A stretch of 63,741 bases of DNA, the filler included, from Octopus bimaculoides (taxonomy: Eukaryota): NCBI RefSeq assembly GCF_001194135.2. It is 8 parts of 7 records of this genome, joined end to end, with 100 filler letters (N's around TTAATTAATTAA, not from the genome) between each part and the next. Parts side by side here need not be neighbours in the genome. Positions count along the whole stretch, not along the records: positions 31,964 to 52,772 come from NC_068981.1; 7 more parts are not named here. One strand, written 5' to 3'. The notes under the pieces were generated by a model. It was not told the DNA's origin. It was given only the letters and a program-made list of their open reading frames with translations, and made no database searches. The position numbers were made by a program, and so were the translations under genes. Every line of letters starts with the position of its first letter. The stretch's first letter is position 1. This document shows, in pieces, positions 38,563 through 52,772 of the stretch.

Positions 38563-41224
38563 TGTGTATGTCTGAATGTGTGTGTGTGTGTGTGTGTGTG
38601 TGTATAACAGAATGGTAAAATATTATTTTCTACCGTAGGCACAAGGACCGAAATTTTGGAGCATGGGGCCTGATTGATCCCAGTACGCAACTAATACTTA
38701 ATTTATCGACCCCGAATTGTGAGGTAGCATCAGAATGTATTCGCTATTTTATGCAATACTAGTCATATCACCTTTTGACATGTATTTTATACAATGTTAG
38801 TGTATACTATTAACTATCCTCTGTCACAACTTTCTTCCATACAAAAAATAGCTCGTACATAATATAAGTTAAACGGCCTCGAACTTAATACATGATCGCA
38901 TATATTAATTAAGCGTTTTAATATGCAAAAATACAACCTAATCTCCGCCTAAGCTATAAGGTGGTACACAAGCACTCACCTATAAGTGCTGTTTCCTGGT
39001 TTGGAAAGGAATCTATTACCATTTCGAAAATGCTTGAGGCATATTTGAAACCGTAAGAAAGCAGGTGACAGATGGATGTGAACACACCATATCAGTTTGA
39101 AGCTATTTTCAATGAGCTACTGAAGTGTATGCATGTACTAGTTAGTTGAGAGAGCGCTGCGATCTAACTTATCTGTCTATAGTGAGAAATTTCCTCCATA
39201 ATAAAGTACTGTGAGCGCCACTCTTGTGGGTTCGAATATGTTTCAAACATATTTAAACTACTAACAATTCTGTATTTAAAGACGTCACCGTTTAGCACAT
39301 TTATTCCGTATTCTATTTACAGTGGACCGTTGATTATTGCAGTCAATCACAGTACGATGACGGGAATATTACAACGAAGATACATGTTTCTTATCAGTTT
39401 GTAGCGCCTACCTTTTTGGTGTCAAGTATTGGGAAAAAGGTAACCGCTCCGAAAAGAATTCATCCAAATTGTTTGACTACGGACTGCTCCGAACTGATTT
39501 CCTGTGATACTTATTTGTCTACTGCAAACAATCTTCTTCATGGCAAAATAGAACGAACGACTTTCATACGTGTTCGAACATACATATATATATATATATA
39601 TATATACACAAATATTTACATTTTTGAATTAGTATGTGTGTGTGTGTGTGTGTGTGCGTGTGTGTGCGTATGTGTGTGTGTGTGTGTGTGTGCGTGCATT
39701 TGTTAATGCACTTCTTTGTGTGTATACGCGGATGTTAATCTATGCAGCCACCTGCAGGCGCCCGCATGTATATGTATGCAGGTTACAAACAAATGTATAT
39801 GCATACACGTACAAGGACGTATAGAAAAACAATGTTTTGTATTATTGGTAAATGAAGATTATTTACTGTTAATACATATATTCACTCATTCTTTACTTCA
39901 TAGCTTCATGGATGATCGTGTTGTGACAAGGTACGTGGAGAATTTCAAAACGCATAAGATAACTAAAAGCTGCATGAAATTCTTATGCGCTGCCGAAAAA
40001 TAGGATACGGTTTTCATTTTTATACATTCTCTACCATTTCTAGTGGCATGTGATGTTTTCATGTGTATGTGAAAAATGCATGTTCTTTACTCATCACCAT
40101 ATCACCAAAATTTCAATTAATCATATATTCTTATGTTTGTCTTTATTTTTGTTCTTATATTGTCAAACAACTTGCCCCTCTTTAATCATTTCTACAGTAT
40201 GAATCGCAAAAGAAAATAATTTGATTCATGAATAAAATATTCACACTCAATATTTTGCTTAATTGTTTGGCTAACATAAACCGTTACTTATCTGTATCAC
40301 TTCCACATCCTCTACTTCTCTATTTCTCTATCACACACTTTCTTTATCTCTCTCTCCTCACTATCTCTGTCTTTTTGCGTATACAAACGAGCAGAAACAC
40401 GACCCCATATATATACATACTTGCATATATATATATATATATATATANNNNNNNNNNNNNNNNNNNNNNNNNNNNNNNNNNNNNNNNNNNNNNNNNNNNN
40501 NNNNNNNNNNNNNNNNNNNNNNNNNNNNNNNNNNNNNNNNNNNNNNNNNNNNNNNNNNNNNNNNNNNNNNNNNNNNNNNNNNNNNNNNNNNNNNNNNNNN
40601 NNNNNNNNNNNNNNNNNNNNNNNNNNNNNNNNNNNNNNNNNNNNNNNNNNNNNNNNNNNNNNNNNNNNNNNNNNNNNNNNNNGCTACTCTTTCTAGCGGG
40701 TAGATGTCCTATTATAGGCATCTCTATATTTTAAATGAATAATATATATGTAGTCTATTGACTATTTTTTTTTATTCTCGCTGGACCACTGGTGGTAAAT
40801 TAAATTTCTAAAATTTATTTTGCTGCCCTATGATTAATAATAATATATTTTTGGGTTAATTTCTGAAAGAAAATCGGCATTTGTGTTAAATTTACTGCCG
40901 ATTAGTTAATGCGCACATGCGTGGTTAATTGTTTGGGAAATTAAGCATGTAAACTCGAGTCAGGTTCTTTCCTTGGCTCGTGTTTACATGCTAATCGGGA
41001 TCTCTGCTGATGAAAGCTCCGGAGTTAGATATAACTTTATCTATCTAAATAGCTTGAAACCATGGTACAGAGTGTAGACTGGTAAAAATGTTTTTATTTT
41101 TCATTCTCTTTCGAAATTATCCCTATTTTTGTGGTATATAGTTTTTTGCTACTCTTTCTAGCGGGTAGATGTCCTATTATAGGCATCTCTCTCTGTCTGT
41201 CTCTCTCTCTCTGTCTCTCTCTCT

Positions 41225-41274
<50 letters not shown>

Positions 41275-41316
41275 NNNNNNNNNNNNNNNNNNNNNNNNNN
41301 NNNNNNNNNNNNNNNN

Positions 41317-41369
<53 letters not shown>

Positions 41370-41374
41370 GTATG

Positions 41375-42170
41375 TAGAGTGCGATGAATAAATTGTCGTC
41401 TAAGTTATACATAAATGAATAAAACACTGACATCTCATTTTAACAGACATATTATCCAAAATAACATAATATATTGCAATACTAAACAGTAAATTTGTTC
41501 AATAAATTCCCCATTAGGTTCAACCACGGTTTCCAGAGGACTTCAGAATCTCCACCACCTATTTTGGACGGTCCTCTTTTTTAAAGTTGGTGAATGCTGC
41601 CATAATCCTACATCCACTTGATGTAGGCCAGCATGTTGAGTCTGAGACCGTGTGGGACGATGAATGGAAACATAACGTCACAATCAGTAGTGATCATTCC
41701 AAACACCATGATGTTAACTGGATGTTTGATTTTTATCACTCTCGGTACATGTTTTGGGCACTCAACAAGCGAATGGTTGTTCTGTGTGTTTACATTTGAT
41801 CCTGGCAAAATTCTTTCTCGTCTGAGTAAAACCAAAGCAGTTCGGTTGGAGGGTATGCTTGAGATTTCTTAAGAGGCTCGAAGGACAGTCTTACCTCTTC
41901 TTTTTGATGGATTGGAGTAAAAATTGGTCCTTTCCCACTAAGTATGAGAAATACCGAATGTCTTCACACGTTACCTGTCTGATAAGGAAATCAGAAATCA
42001 GAAACTCCCATATCACTGGCGATGGACCTGATTGACTGAGAGGGATGGTTGTCAAACATGGCCTGGATTTCGCTATCAGATACTCGAGTCATGTTCTAAT
42101 CGGAACGATAAGAGTGAAATGTTCGAGGTACCGGTGAGTGTGTTAAATTATAAGGCACTAAACGAGAATG
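41375..42170 (-). mobile_element. maT/DD37D-like Tc1/mariner relic with internal deletion
   Basis: Minus-strand fragments: EIQAM.DN.PSQSIRSIA.DMGVS; FYSD; NTQNN; KIKHPVNIMVFGMIT.D.DVM.PF..PHGLRLN; RRF..PLE.VVE.NG. TIR-like end at about 41375-41400. The second and third catalytic residues are deleted, so spacing cannot be counted. Confidence 0.8.
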
Positions 42171-42717
42171 ACTCTCCTCAGACACAAAATAATATGCTTC
42201 AACACACGAACTCACATAAGGAATCTTGTAAACCAAATCCTAAAATGAAATATATATATATATGTGCAGTGTATATAATATATCTATATATATATATATA
42301 TGTATATATATTTGTATGTATAGATGCATGTAAATATATGTATGTATACATATACCAAACTACACACAAACACTCACTCACAAAGTTTGCGACACTGCTA
42401 AATATTCATCAATATAATCTATTTTCGTGGTATGTGACGCCTCTGTTGTTTTCCCTTCTTACATATGCGGTTACTTTCACAAAATACTTTCAAGCTGTTC
42501 TTCTGACGTACATCAAATCACTAAGTACGAATCTATATATTACCGTAATGTATAGATTCGTTCTTAATGATTCGATGCAGTTTTTATTTCTGTATTTCTT
42601 TACTTTTTTGAAGGATTAGGTACTTATGTATTCCTTAAAGTAACTAAAGAGTTTTCGTTTAGAAAATTCTGTTCAAAAGACCTTTCATATCTGATCAAGA
42701 AACAAAGGACTTTAAAA

Positions 42718-42813
42718 TGAGAGTTAGCAGTATCACCATTGAAAACTTTCAAGGATACAATAAATCATTGTTCTAGTCTTGGGAGTTTACAAGGGTGATA
42801 CTGCTAACTCTCA
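42718..42813. other. 96-nt near-perfect inverted repeat
   Basis: TGAGAGTTAGCAGTATCACC / GGTGATACTGCTAACTCTCA (20 bp perfect), continued by further paired segments. Confidence 0.85.
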
Positions 42814-45800
42814 CTTCGAACTCCTTTAATATTTCTTCGGACTTAAAATTTTCTCAACAATACTTTCACCCAGATGTCACTGGTCATTTTATGTGTAATC
42901 TATAGCATCAAATGCAAGCGCTTTCACTTCTGCAGATATATCTGTAGCTGAACTATGATATTTTCAAATATAACTGTTTGTGTGTTTGTGTATGTGTAGT
43001 TTATGTGCATCTGTGGGGGAGTGCACAGGTACCTCTGTGCAGTTGTGTGCACCCAAGTATTTCTACGCACATTTTCGTTGTATCCATAGATATAAATATA
43101 TAACGTTATTTGTGTGCTTAGCCCTACATCCATGCTAGTCGATTTGGGGGGCTTTATGTTGTTTTAATCTCTCCTTTTCCTGAAAGGTTTCTCTTTGTGC
43201 CAGGAGAAAGATTGATTCATTCAAATAACGAAATATAGCGAGAAATGTATGCTGCTTAGGTCTTATAACATATTTCAAATCGTTAACCTTATCATTCCAA
43301 CAACACCCTGACATATGCAAATATACGGATACATTGAATAAAAATGTATTTCATAACTAATGTTAACCTTTATAATTTTCTTACCTGTAACTACTTTACA
43401 TTCCTCTAGAGAATGCACCTATTATTTTCCTGATGTTACTACCGCATATATTACATTGTATATTGAAAGAATTATCCGAATTCAAATGGTATTTGCATGC
43501 ACAACGTCATGATTGGCATTAAAGCACAACTGATTCACCTCCAGGAAGTATTGTTTTAAACAAAAAAAGATTAGAAGGAATCACATGACAAGCAACGGAG
43601 AAACAGGAATCAGAAAACGCAGGCACAAGTAAATGAAGGCGTAAAATAAGTGTAGCCGAATATGTTATTTTATACATATACCAATCCACAATTAAAATAT
43701 GATGACAAAGTAATAGGGAAACGAATAAAACCAAAATAAAGTTAGGAGTGAAAACGATATATAGTCCTTTCTGATAAAGGAAATAAATCTTACTCAAAAA
43801 TTGTCTTTCAGTAACAGCAATACTTTGGTAATTTCATATTAGATGCATTAGTAATCATATACACGAATATGCACGTCCACAATATGGGAGTTGTGTTCCT
43901 TCACATGAGCAAAAAATATGGATGTAAATATTCAATACTATTCAAAGTAAAACAGTATGAAAAAAATATCTTTTAATCAAAATATGCATATTCAAGACAA
44001 ATAATTCTCTACAACAGAAAAGGTTACCGAAATGAAGTGGCAACAGTGTATGGAAAGATTAGAATATAAAATGAATGGTTAGAAAAAATATAATCAAAAC
44101 AACATCCAGAGACACCCAATAAAAATTGTCGAACAACATATATATCACTTCTGTCATTAGATAATATTATAAATTAATGAAGACTTCATGTTATATTTAA
44201 GAGTAAATAGTTACTTATAATATATAATAATGACAAATGGAATTGCAAAAAAAATTATTTATTACAATAGTAATTTCCAAGAAAATCAATTATCTCTCGT
44301 GACAATAAGCTAACTTGCTATACTTCTTTCTTTCATTTTCTCGTAATGCCGCAGCAACGTCCAAAGGTAGATGCTAAAGTTTTCAACATATATGATTTCT
44401 GAATCATTATACTTATATAATTGCATTACTTTAGAGACTTATTTTAGTTGCGCTTCTTAGAATTCTTTACAGCATTAATAATTTAAAATTTAAATTAACT
44501 TTCCTTGTTAAATGATGGCGTATTATCTAAAGTTCTACCCAACTCATGAAAAATGTTGAAGTAAAATACTCATACTTCGATTTACATAAAATAAAAAAAA
44601 AACGTAACAAAACTTATATCTATAACACAAAGAATAGAAATAGACACGTTAAGGTATATCAATAAATGTCCTATGGGCAACATGCCAAAGCATAGCCTAC
44701 TGACATATCACGCGAACTAAAGTGGAAATGTAACCATTAATAATATTCCACCCTCCACGCCGTCAAGAAAAAATCAAAGTGTAATTTGAATACATATTTA
44801 TGTAAACAAATTCCATTATAGCTTCAAAAATATTTAAATGTGTAGAATGAACATTTGACTAGAAATATCCACCAATTCGTTTCAAAAATGTCCACTAGGA
44901 GGAATGCACAGAAACACGTAAGCACTTTTTTATATGAAGCTACAGGTTTTGAGAACTACATCTATGTAAGAAACATATCTTTTGCTTAAAAATGATAAAA
45001 TACACAAACTTATAAGGAGGATGTACAGAAATTAATGCATAATAGGGTATCACGATTTTTCATTCACTGAATTCTCAATGCAGATGATTGTAGTGATTCA
45101 CACACACACACGCATGCACACGCGAACGCACACAGGCACACTCACATACACACACACAAGCTCTCACACACACAAACACATATTCATATAGTAATACGTC
45201 CATTATGGGAACGTTTGATCTTCTTCATAGCAGACAACTATGATTTTGGGCATCGGAAAGTGAGTGAAAAGCGAATAGCTTGACAGCTGACTCACAAATT
45301 CAGAGAAAAACTGTTGCAATTTATAAAAAATCGTTTAAAGGCATTTAAGACATGTTTTGTTTTCCATCTGTTATCAATGCATGGAATGCGGGCGTATTTT
45401 TATGATGCAAAATGAAGGCCCACATTTCATGTAATGAAGTATATCTTTATTCATAGGGCATAAATGTTTTGCTTACCAGCTACACATTGTGGCTATTTTA
45501 AGGATTCACATTCATCGTTTGGAATGTGGGTGCACTGAGCAACAAGCTGTAAATTGTGACACTCGAAAACAACCTCCAAAAGCAATTAAGTGGGACAACA
45601 CGCAGACAATCGAAAAAGCTACTAGGTCACCCATCCAAAGAACATCCTACATCAAACTTTTCATTTAATTTTCAGGGATCCCAAAATAACTATTTTAATT
45701 GCATGTTAGAGGTACTCCAATGGCATCCGATAAGGTTAACAAGATTTTGATTAACATGAATCCTTTAACTTGATCATTTGATTTGACATAATGGTATGAA

Positions 45801-47746
45801 TATTGTGGATACCAATCTCTGCTCCTTAGTCGGATATATTTCCGTAGAGCTGATACATTATGACTGATTTTCAAGGAAATTATTTAAAAAGATTTCTTAC
45901 GACATAGGTGTTTCTAGCCGACAGATCTGGATACCACGTTGAGGGTGATATATTCATACTTAAGTTTTTCTACTTTTGTTATTTCTATTTGTTTTTGATT
46001 TTTTGTAGCGGGAGACGTGTATTTATTTACTAGTTTGTACATAAGAATCACTACATAAGATTCATATATGTGGGAGGATGTATATAAAAGTGTTTATTCA
46101 TTTATGTACGTGTGTGCATGTATGTATGTATATACGTAATTATGAACAGACATGTAGATGTAAGTGAATATGGTGTATTAAATACTCTACAGATAAATAC
46201 CACGCGGAAATTCTGATATAAATATTGAAGACTCGCTCTAAACATTAAATTACGCAACATGAAATTTAAGTTCCAGTCGTTAGATACAAGAATCAGTATT
46301 TGTTGAACAAGTCAAATGAAACTACCACAACCTCTCCACTCAATCACGCACGCCCAAACAAACATACATACGCAAACACAACTATACACATATAAAAATG
46401 TTTTTTCTATTCATACTTCCTTCCCGACAGTTGCATTCCGATAAAGAAATATAGGATTGGAGATTTTCCAATTCTAACTATGTTTAGCTGATATCTTTTG
46501 GAAGAGAAGTACAGAATTCACAAAGAAAAAAAGCTGAAAAATGTACATAGTAAGTAGTGTATTAATTCGAATATTTGGTAATAATAAAAGAATTATTATA
46601 GTGGAGTTTGTTGCAATAAATTGTTGATCAACAGATATGGCAAACAAATTATTCTCATTTGGAATAACATTAAAGAAAAACTGATATCACAAATGCGCTT
46701 CTAATATTTATATATGTTCTTATTCAATATAAAATCTGAGCAATACTCTAATTTTTTAAAGAATACATTGACAAACACACACATACATAATATGTGTGCC
46801 TGTTTCTACGTAGGAATATATGTGTCTCTTTACGCAAATGAACACTAAATGCAGTAAAAACTGCAATCATATATATGTGTCTGAGTAGTGTGAGTAAATA
46901 AAATATACATGTTTATATATGGATGTATATATGTAGCCTGTATAACACAGTGAACAACTTAATTATTTCTCCGCAGACTGAGGCTAAGATGAATAGCATT
47001 AAACAGTTTACGAACGTTCTTGGGGTCAAATCAGAGTGGTTTACAATCATTTGACCAATGGCATAGAATATACAGACATACGATGTATGTATGTATGTAT
47101 CTATGTATGCATTTATGTATGCACTTATGTATGTGTTTATCTATGTACGTAATTATGTATATATTTATTCATATATGTGTGTATTTGTGTAGGTATTTGT
47201 ATGTATATAGACATATACAAAAGATGAAGATACGGGCTACTAATAGTTTGTTGCTTGGGAGACGTAGGTGTAGACCAGTTTTTAACCGGAAGCAATCTTC
47301 AGGTTGCTGGAAAGGTGTGCCTCTAAGTTGGAGGTCTTAAAAGACATGTTAAGAGAGTGCATATGGTGGAACCTGTTTCTCCTGACAGTCAGCACAGTTG
47401 TTTAGTATATAATAAAATGTGTAAAAGCTGGGCCAGGCTTAAATTCATATAAGGGCATAACATGGCAACAATAATGAATCATTTCAGTAAGTCTTCTTGG
47501 CAATGGCTTTTCTCGTGTAACGTTGATGCAGCTGTGATATAAGTAAGTATATATGTATATATACATATATAGATATATTATATATATATGTATATTTACA
47601 CACACATACACATACACACACACACACANNNNNNNNNNNNNNNNNNNNNNNNNNNNNNNNNNNNNNNNNNNNNNNNNNNNNNNNNNNNNNNNNNNNNNNN
47701 NNNNNNNNNNNNNNNNNNNNNNNNNNNNNNNNNNNNNNNNNNNNNN

Positions 47747-47787
<41 letters not shown>

Positions 47788-47849
47788 CATACACACATAC
47801 ATAAACAGAGAGAGAGAGAGAGAGCGTGAAGGAGATGGATATTCATATA

Positions 47850-48990
47850 CAGGCGTTGGACAAAATAATGGAAACATTTTAAAATTTCAAACAAATTCAT
47901 TTTAAAATGGCATAAGACCGTCTTTGGCAGCTTGAATTCTACGAGACATGGACTAGTACAAAGATTCAATTCTTTCCAAATTAATTTTTGTCCATTCTTC
48001 AGCTAAAACCGTCTCCGGTTCTTGTTGTGATGATGGTGGAAGATACCGGTTCCTTGCCTGTCTTTCTAAAATGCTCCATAATGTTCAATAATATTGAGAT
48101 CTGGAGACTGTAGTGGCCAGATAAAATGTTCCACTTCACTAGAATGTTCCTCATGCCATTTATATACAACTTTAGCTGTGTGAATTGGTGCATTAGCATC
48201 CTGAAACAATGCATTTCACCCCAGAAACAGTTCCAGAAACATAGGATGAATTTGATCGGATGAAATGCTTAAATCGTCTTAACTATTAATTCTGTCATGA
48301 AGGGAAAACATTGGGCCGGCGGATTTCCAAGATATACCCCCTCCCCCACCAGATCATCACAAATCCTCCTCCAGGTTTAACAGCTGGAAGAAGGCAGTCT
48401 GGGTCAAAGGCTTATTTGGGCTCTCTCCACACATATTCGGCTGGTGGTCAGAAATATGGTAAAAAGATGATCCGTCTGAGAAAATAACATTCTTCCACTA
48501 TTCGAGGAACCAATGCTGTAGGTTTTTACTCCACTCTAAACGCTTTGCAACGTTTGTTTTTGAATGTAGCGGTTTTCTGATTGCAGCCTTCTCTGAAATC
48601 CAGCTTTACGCAGCCCTCGGCGAACTGCTTTTGTGGAAACTGGGTTCTCGAGGTGGTCATTAAGCTCTGCAGTAATTTTGGGACTTCTACTTTCGTGATC
48701 CTCTCTGGCAATTCCTGGCAATTCGCGTATGAGTTGGGCGGTCCATATCTGAAAGTTTTGTTTTTCTGTCGGTGTTTTGTTTCGATGAGGAGGTTTTTTC
48801 CGTCTTCCTCAAAGGCTGTCATTACTTTCGAGACAGTTCTTCTTGATAGACCAAACATTTCGGCTGTTTACCTTACGATAGCGTCTGCCATATGAGCACC
48901 AACAATTTGAGATCTTTGAAAGTCCGATATATCTGTCACTTTAATGAATTTTAATTACATTTTTCTGACGTCTGATAGGAAACAGCAATT
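47850..48990 (-). mobile_element. Tc1-family transposon relic, DD36E (Incomer-like); transposase pseudogene 48939-47902
   Basis: (M)TDISDFQRSQIVGAHMA...MFGLSRRTVSKVMTAF...KITAELNDHLENPVSTK.VRR...VIFSDGSS...FQD[A]NAPIHTAK...WPLQSPDLNIIEH. One TIR, CAGGCGTTGGACAAAATAATGGAAACA, at 47850-47876 after TA. Confidence 0.9.
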
Positions 48991-49589
48991 TTTGAATTTT
49001 AATAGACACATCATTGTTTATCATGGGTCCAGAATTTTGATGGCTCCCCAGGCCTGTGTGACTCAAACACCTCCGTCCATAAACTACACACACACACACG
49101 CACTCATATACACACACACACATACACACACACACATACACAGACACACACGTGTGTGTGTATGTGTGTATGTGTGTATAAAAATTGTTAAGGTGGCTAT
49201 TCGCAATTTAGAACCGGTGACGGTGTAATGGGTCAGTAATAAAGATTAATCAAATCTGAAATCAGTAGTAATATAACTCCATCTCACTTGCTTTAGGGAG
49301 ATTGTCTCCCTTGTCAATCGATATAAAAGTTCTCTCACGTGGCTAAGAGATGTTTTGACTGGTATTTCTATCAATGCTGGTGCTGACTATCACTGCCCGC
49401 CACTTTAGATGTATATATATATATATATANNNNNNNNNNNNNNNNNNNNNNNNNNNNNNNNNNNNNNNNNNNNNNNNNNNNNNNNNNNNNNNNNNNNNNN
49501 NNNNNNNNNNNNNNNNNNNNNNNNNNNNNNNNNNNNNNNNNNNNNNNNNNNNNNNNNNNNNNNNNNNNNNNNNNNNNNNNNNNNNAGAA

Positions 49590-49712
49590 AATCGACTGAA
49601 GACTTATTCTTTATAAGCATAGTACTTAGTCTCTCGGTTTCGTTTGCTGAACCGCTAAGTTACGGAGACAAACACACCAGCATCAGTTGTCAAGCGATGT
49701 TGGGGGGAACAA

Positions 49713-49766
<54 letters not shown>

Positions 49767-49928
49767 ACGACTTGCTTCTTTCAGTTTACGTTTACCAAAT
49801 CCACTCACAAGGCTTTGGTGGGCCCGAGGATATAGTAGAAGACACTTGCCCAAGGTGCCACATAGTGGGACTGAACCTGGAACTATGTGGTCGTAAGCAA
49901 GCTACTTGCCACACAGCCACTTCTACGC
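49590..49928 (-). mobile_element. CORE-type SINE family B with internal microsatellite
   Basis: Reverse complement of the 61029-61427 element. Confidence 0.88.
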
Positions 49929-50040
49929 CAGATGACAACTACAACCACAGATTTTCGGTGATACACATTATTCGACACCGGGGGAATTAAAAGAAATTCT
50001 AAGCCCCCTTACCAGTAACGAAGAAAATTGTAAATTGAAA

Positions 50041-50071
<31 letters not shown>

Positions 50072-50968
50072 CATAGATACATAGATAGGAGTTCATAGCG
50101 AAATATAACTGCACATTTTTTTACGTATCCTTTTTAATGTTAAAACTTTTCTTGTCACAGAAGCAATGTGGTCACAGTTTTAGGAATTTAGCATAAACGT
50201 TTTGGCATATACGATTGGAAAGTTTTGGTAAATTTTGGGTATTTTTTTAGAAAAGCAAGGGAAATAACGAAACTTCCTTTAAATGATCTTGAGGCTTGCT
50301 CCTCTCTTGCGAATTCGCAACCACTTTATAAGTTTTGTCAATAATGTAATAACTGAAATAGCAGAACAACTAAAATCTCATAATTGGAAATTCTGGATGT
50401 GATCCATTAATTATGTATGATTTTAAGTAAAACCCCAAAATGGAAGGATGTTCCGTCACAAAAAAATGCGGTGCTTAAAGCCTCTGGCAATTTAAATTTA
50501 GTTTTGGTTGTTGCTAGCTGAACTACTTCAAGCATGTAATTGTAGAACAGGGTTAATATAAAGTCTGATGAGTTTATACGTTTTTGGACAATTCGTTTTC
50601 TGGCCTGAATCTCTATCGGTTAAGATGACGATTATTCCATTTCCTTCGATTGACAGAAAGATCCGCTCGTGAAATTGAATTCAAGTGGCTGATCACTTCA
50701 TAGACACGAGAGACCTTAACGTCAATTCAGAGTGTTGTAGGTGTGCCTCTTTCATTTACATACTCATATATACTAGCTCAGCATGCCGAGCGTCATGCAA
50801 TGCAGTTTCATGCTGAAGGGACGCTGGTAAACAAACTCACGACTTTATGATCATGAGCCGAATATCTTAACCATTAAGCAACAGGGCTCCACTTCGTTTT
50901 CTGTCGTAATTATAGACAACAAATTTCTGGGACGCAATCTGAAGGTGGGTAGTTAGTGGTACTGGTTG

Positions 50969-51006
<38 letters not shown>

Positions 51007-51487
51007 CTGCGTGTATGTATATGTGTGCGAAAGTATGCATATATCGGAATAATAAAATCATAAAGCAGTAAAACACTCGTATGTTTTTTTCTTTTTTCTT
51101 CGAGCATGTAAGGGGCAACTCTTATGAAGAATGCTTCAACAAGCAGGTAGATTTGAGTGGATTTAGTTTATAACTCTGAACCTCTAAAATAAGTCTATGT
51201 ATATATGCATACAGATAGGTACTTATCTACATTTCAATCGGTATGTTTGCATTTTTTTATTTTCCTCAATGCATGAGTTAGTGTATGTATACATGTATAT
51301 GAATTACACGGCAGAATCTGCAAAGCTCGAAGTAAACTCTGAAGAGGAAGACTGTAAATTTTTGCTTTAGTAAACATATTCATCCGAACCACAAAACAGA
51401 TTGAAATTTATACCATAAAATGTTTGCATTGCGTTAAATAGATTGTAATACATTTTGAAACACTTGAATTAGGATGGATGTGCTTAT

Positions 51488-52296
51488 ACCTACCTACCTA
51501 CCTACCTACCTACCTACCTACCTACCTACCTACCCACCTACCCACCTACCTACCTACCTACCTACCTACCTACCTATCTATCTATGTACCTACCTACCTA
51601 CCTACCTACGTACCTACCTACCTAACTAGCTACCTATCTACCTACCTACTTACCTACCTTATTACCTACCTACCTACCTACCTACGTACCTACCTACCTA
51701 CCTACCTACCTAACTACCTACCTACCTACCTAACTGACTACCTACCTACCTACCTAACTAACTACCTACCTACTTACTTACCTACCTACTTGCCTACCTA
51801 CCTACCTACCTTCCTGCCTACCTGCATACCTACCTACCTACCTACCTACCTACCAACATACATACATACATACCTACTTACCTACCTACCTACCTACCTA
51901 CATACATACATACATACATACATACATACATACCTACTTACCTACCTACCTACCTACCTCCCTACCTACCTACCTACCTACTTACATACCTACCTACCTA
52001 CTTACATACCTACCTACCTACCTACCTACCTTCCTACCTACCTACCTACCTACCTACCTGACTACCTACCTACCTAACTACCTACCTACCTACATACATA
52101 CATACATACCTACATACCTACCTACCTACCTACCTACCTACCTACCTACATACATACATACATACCTACTTACCTACCTACCTACCTACGTACCCACCTA
52201 CCTACCTTCCTACCTACCTACCTACCTACCTACCCACCTACCTACCTACCTACCTACCTACCTACCTACCTACTTACCTACCTAACTACCGATCTA
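51488..52296. repeat. About 0.8-kb (ACCT)n array with ACAT/ACTT/AACT variant units
   Basis: Read directly. Confidence 0.97.
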
Positions 52297-52730
52297 CCTA
52301 TATATATATATGTATATATATGGAGATATATACACACATGCACAAGCATACACACACACACTCTAACACACACATGTATATATACCTATATATGTGAATT
52401 TGAGTGTCTATGTTTACTCTATCATAATTATATTACACCATAATTCCTATAAATACATACACATATATGCATATACATGTGTATGTATGCATGTGTGTAC
52501 ACGAATATAATTATATTTTCGTATACTTCCTTCCTGACAGTAGTCTTCGTGATAAACAAATACAGGACTGGATATTTTCCAATCCTAACCGTGTGGAGAT
52601 GGTGTATTTTGAAAGTGAAGTACACACGAACGCTTACCCCATTCTCACATACATACATACATGTATACGCACATACGTACATATACAGACAGACGACACA
52701 AACACAGACACGCACACACGCACACACACA

Positions 52731-52772
<42 letters not shown>

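Noticed and set aside
40683-41190. Identical 43-bp sequence at 40683-40725 and 41148-41190
   Set aside because: The first copy starts at a gap edge and the second precedes a microsatellite and gap; most likely a contig-overlap artefact.
43500-44330. Mitochondrial insertion (NUMT)
   Set aside because: TAA/TAG stops persist under the invertebrate mitochondrial code and no mitochondrial protein motif was recognisable.
51478-52077. 199-aa (YLPT)n ORF
   Set aside because: Translation of the ACCT array.
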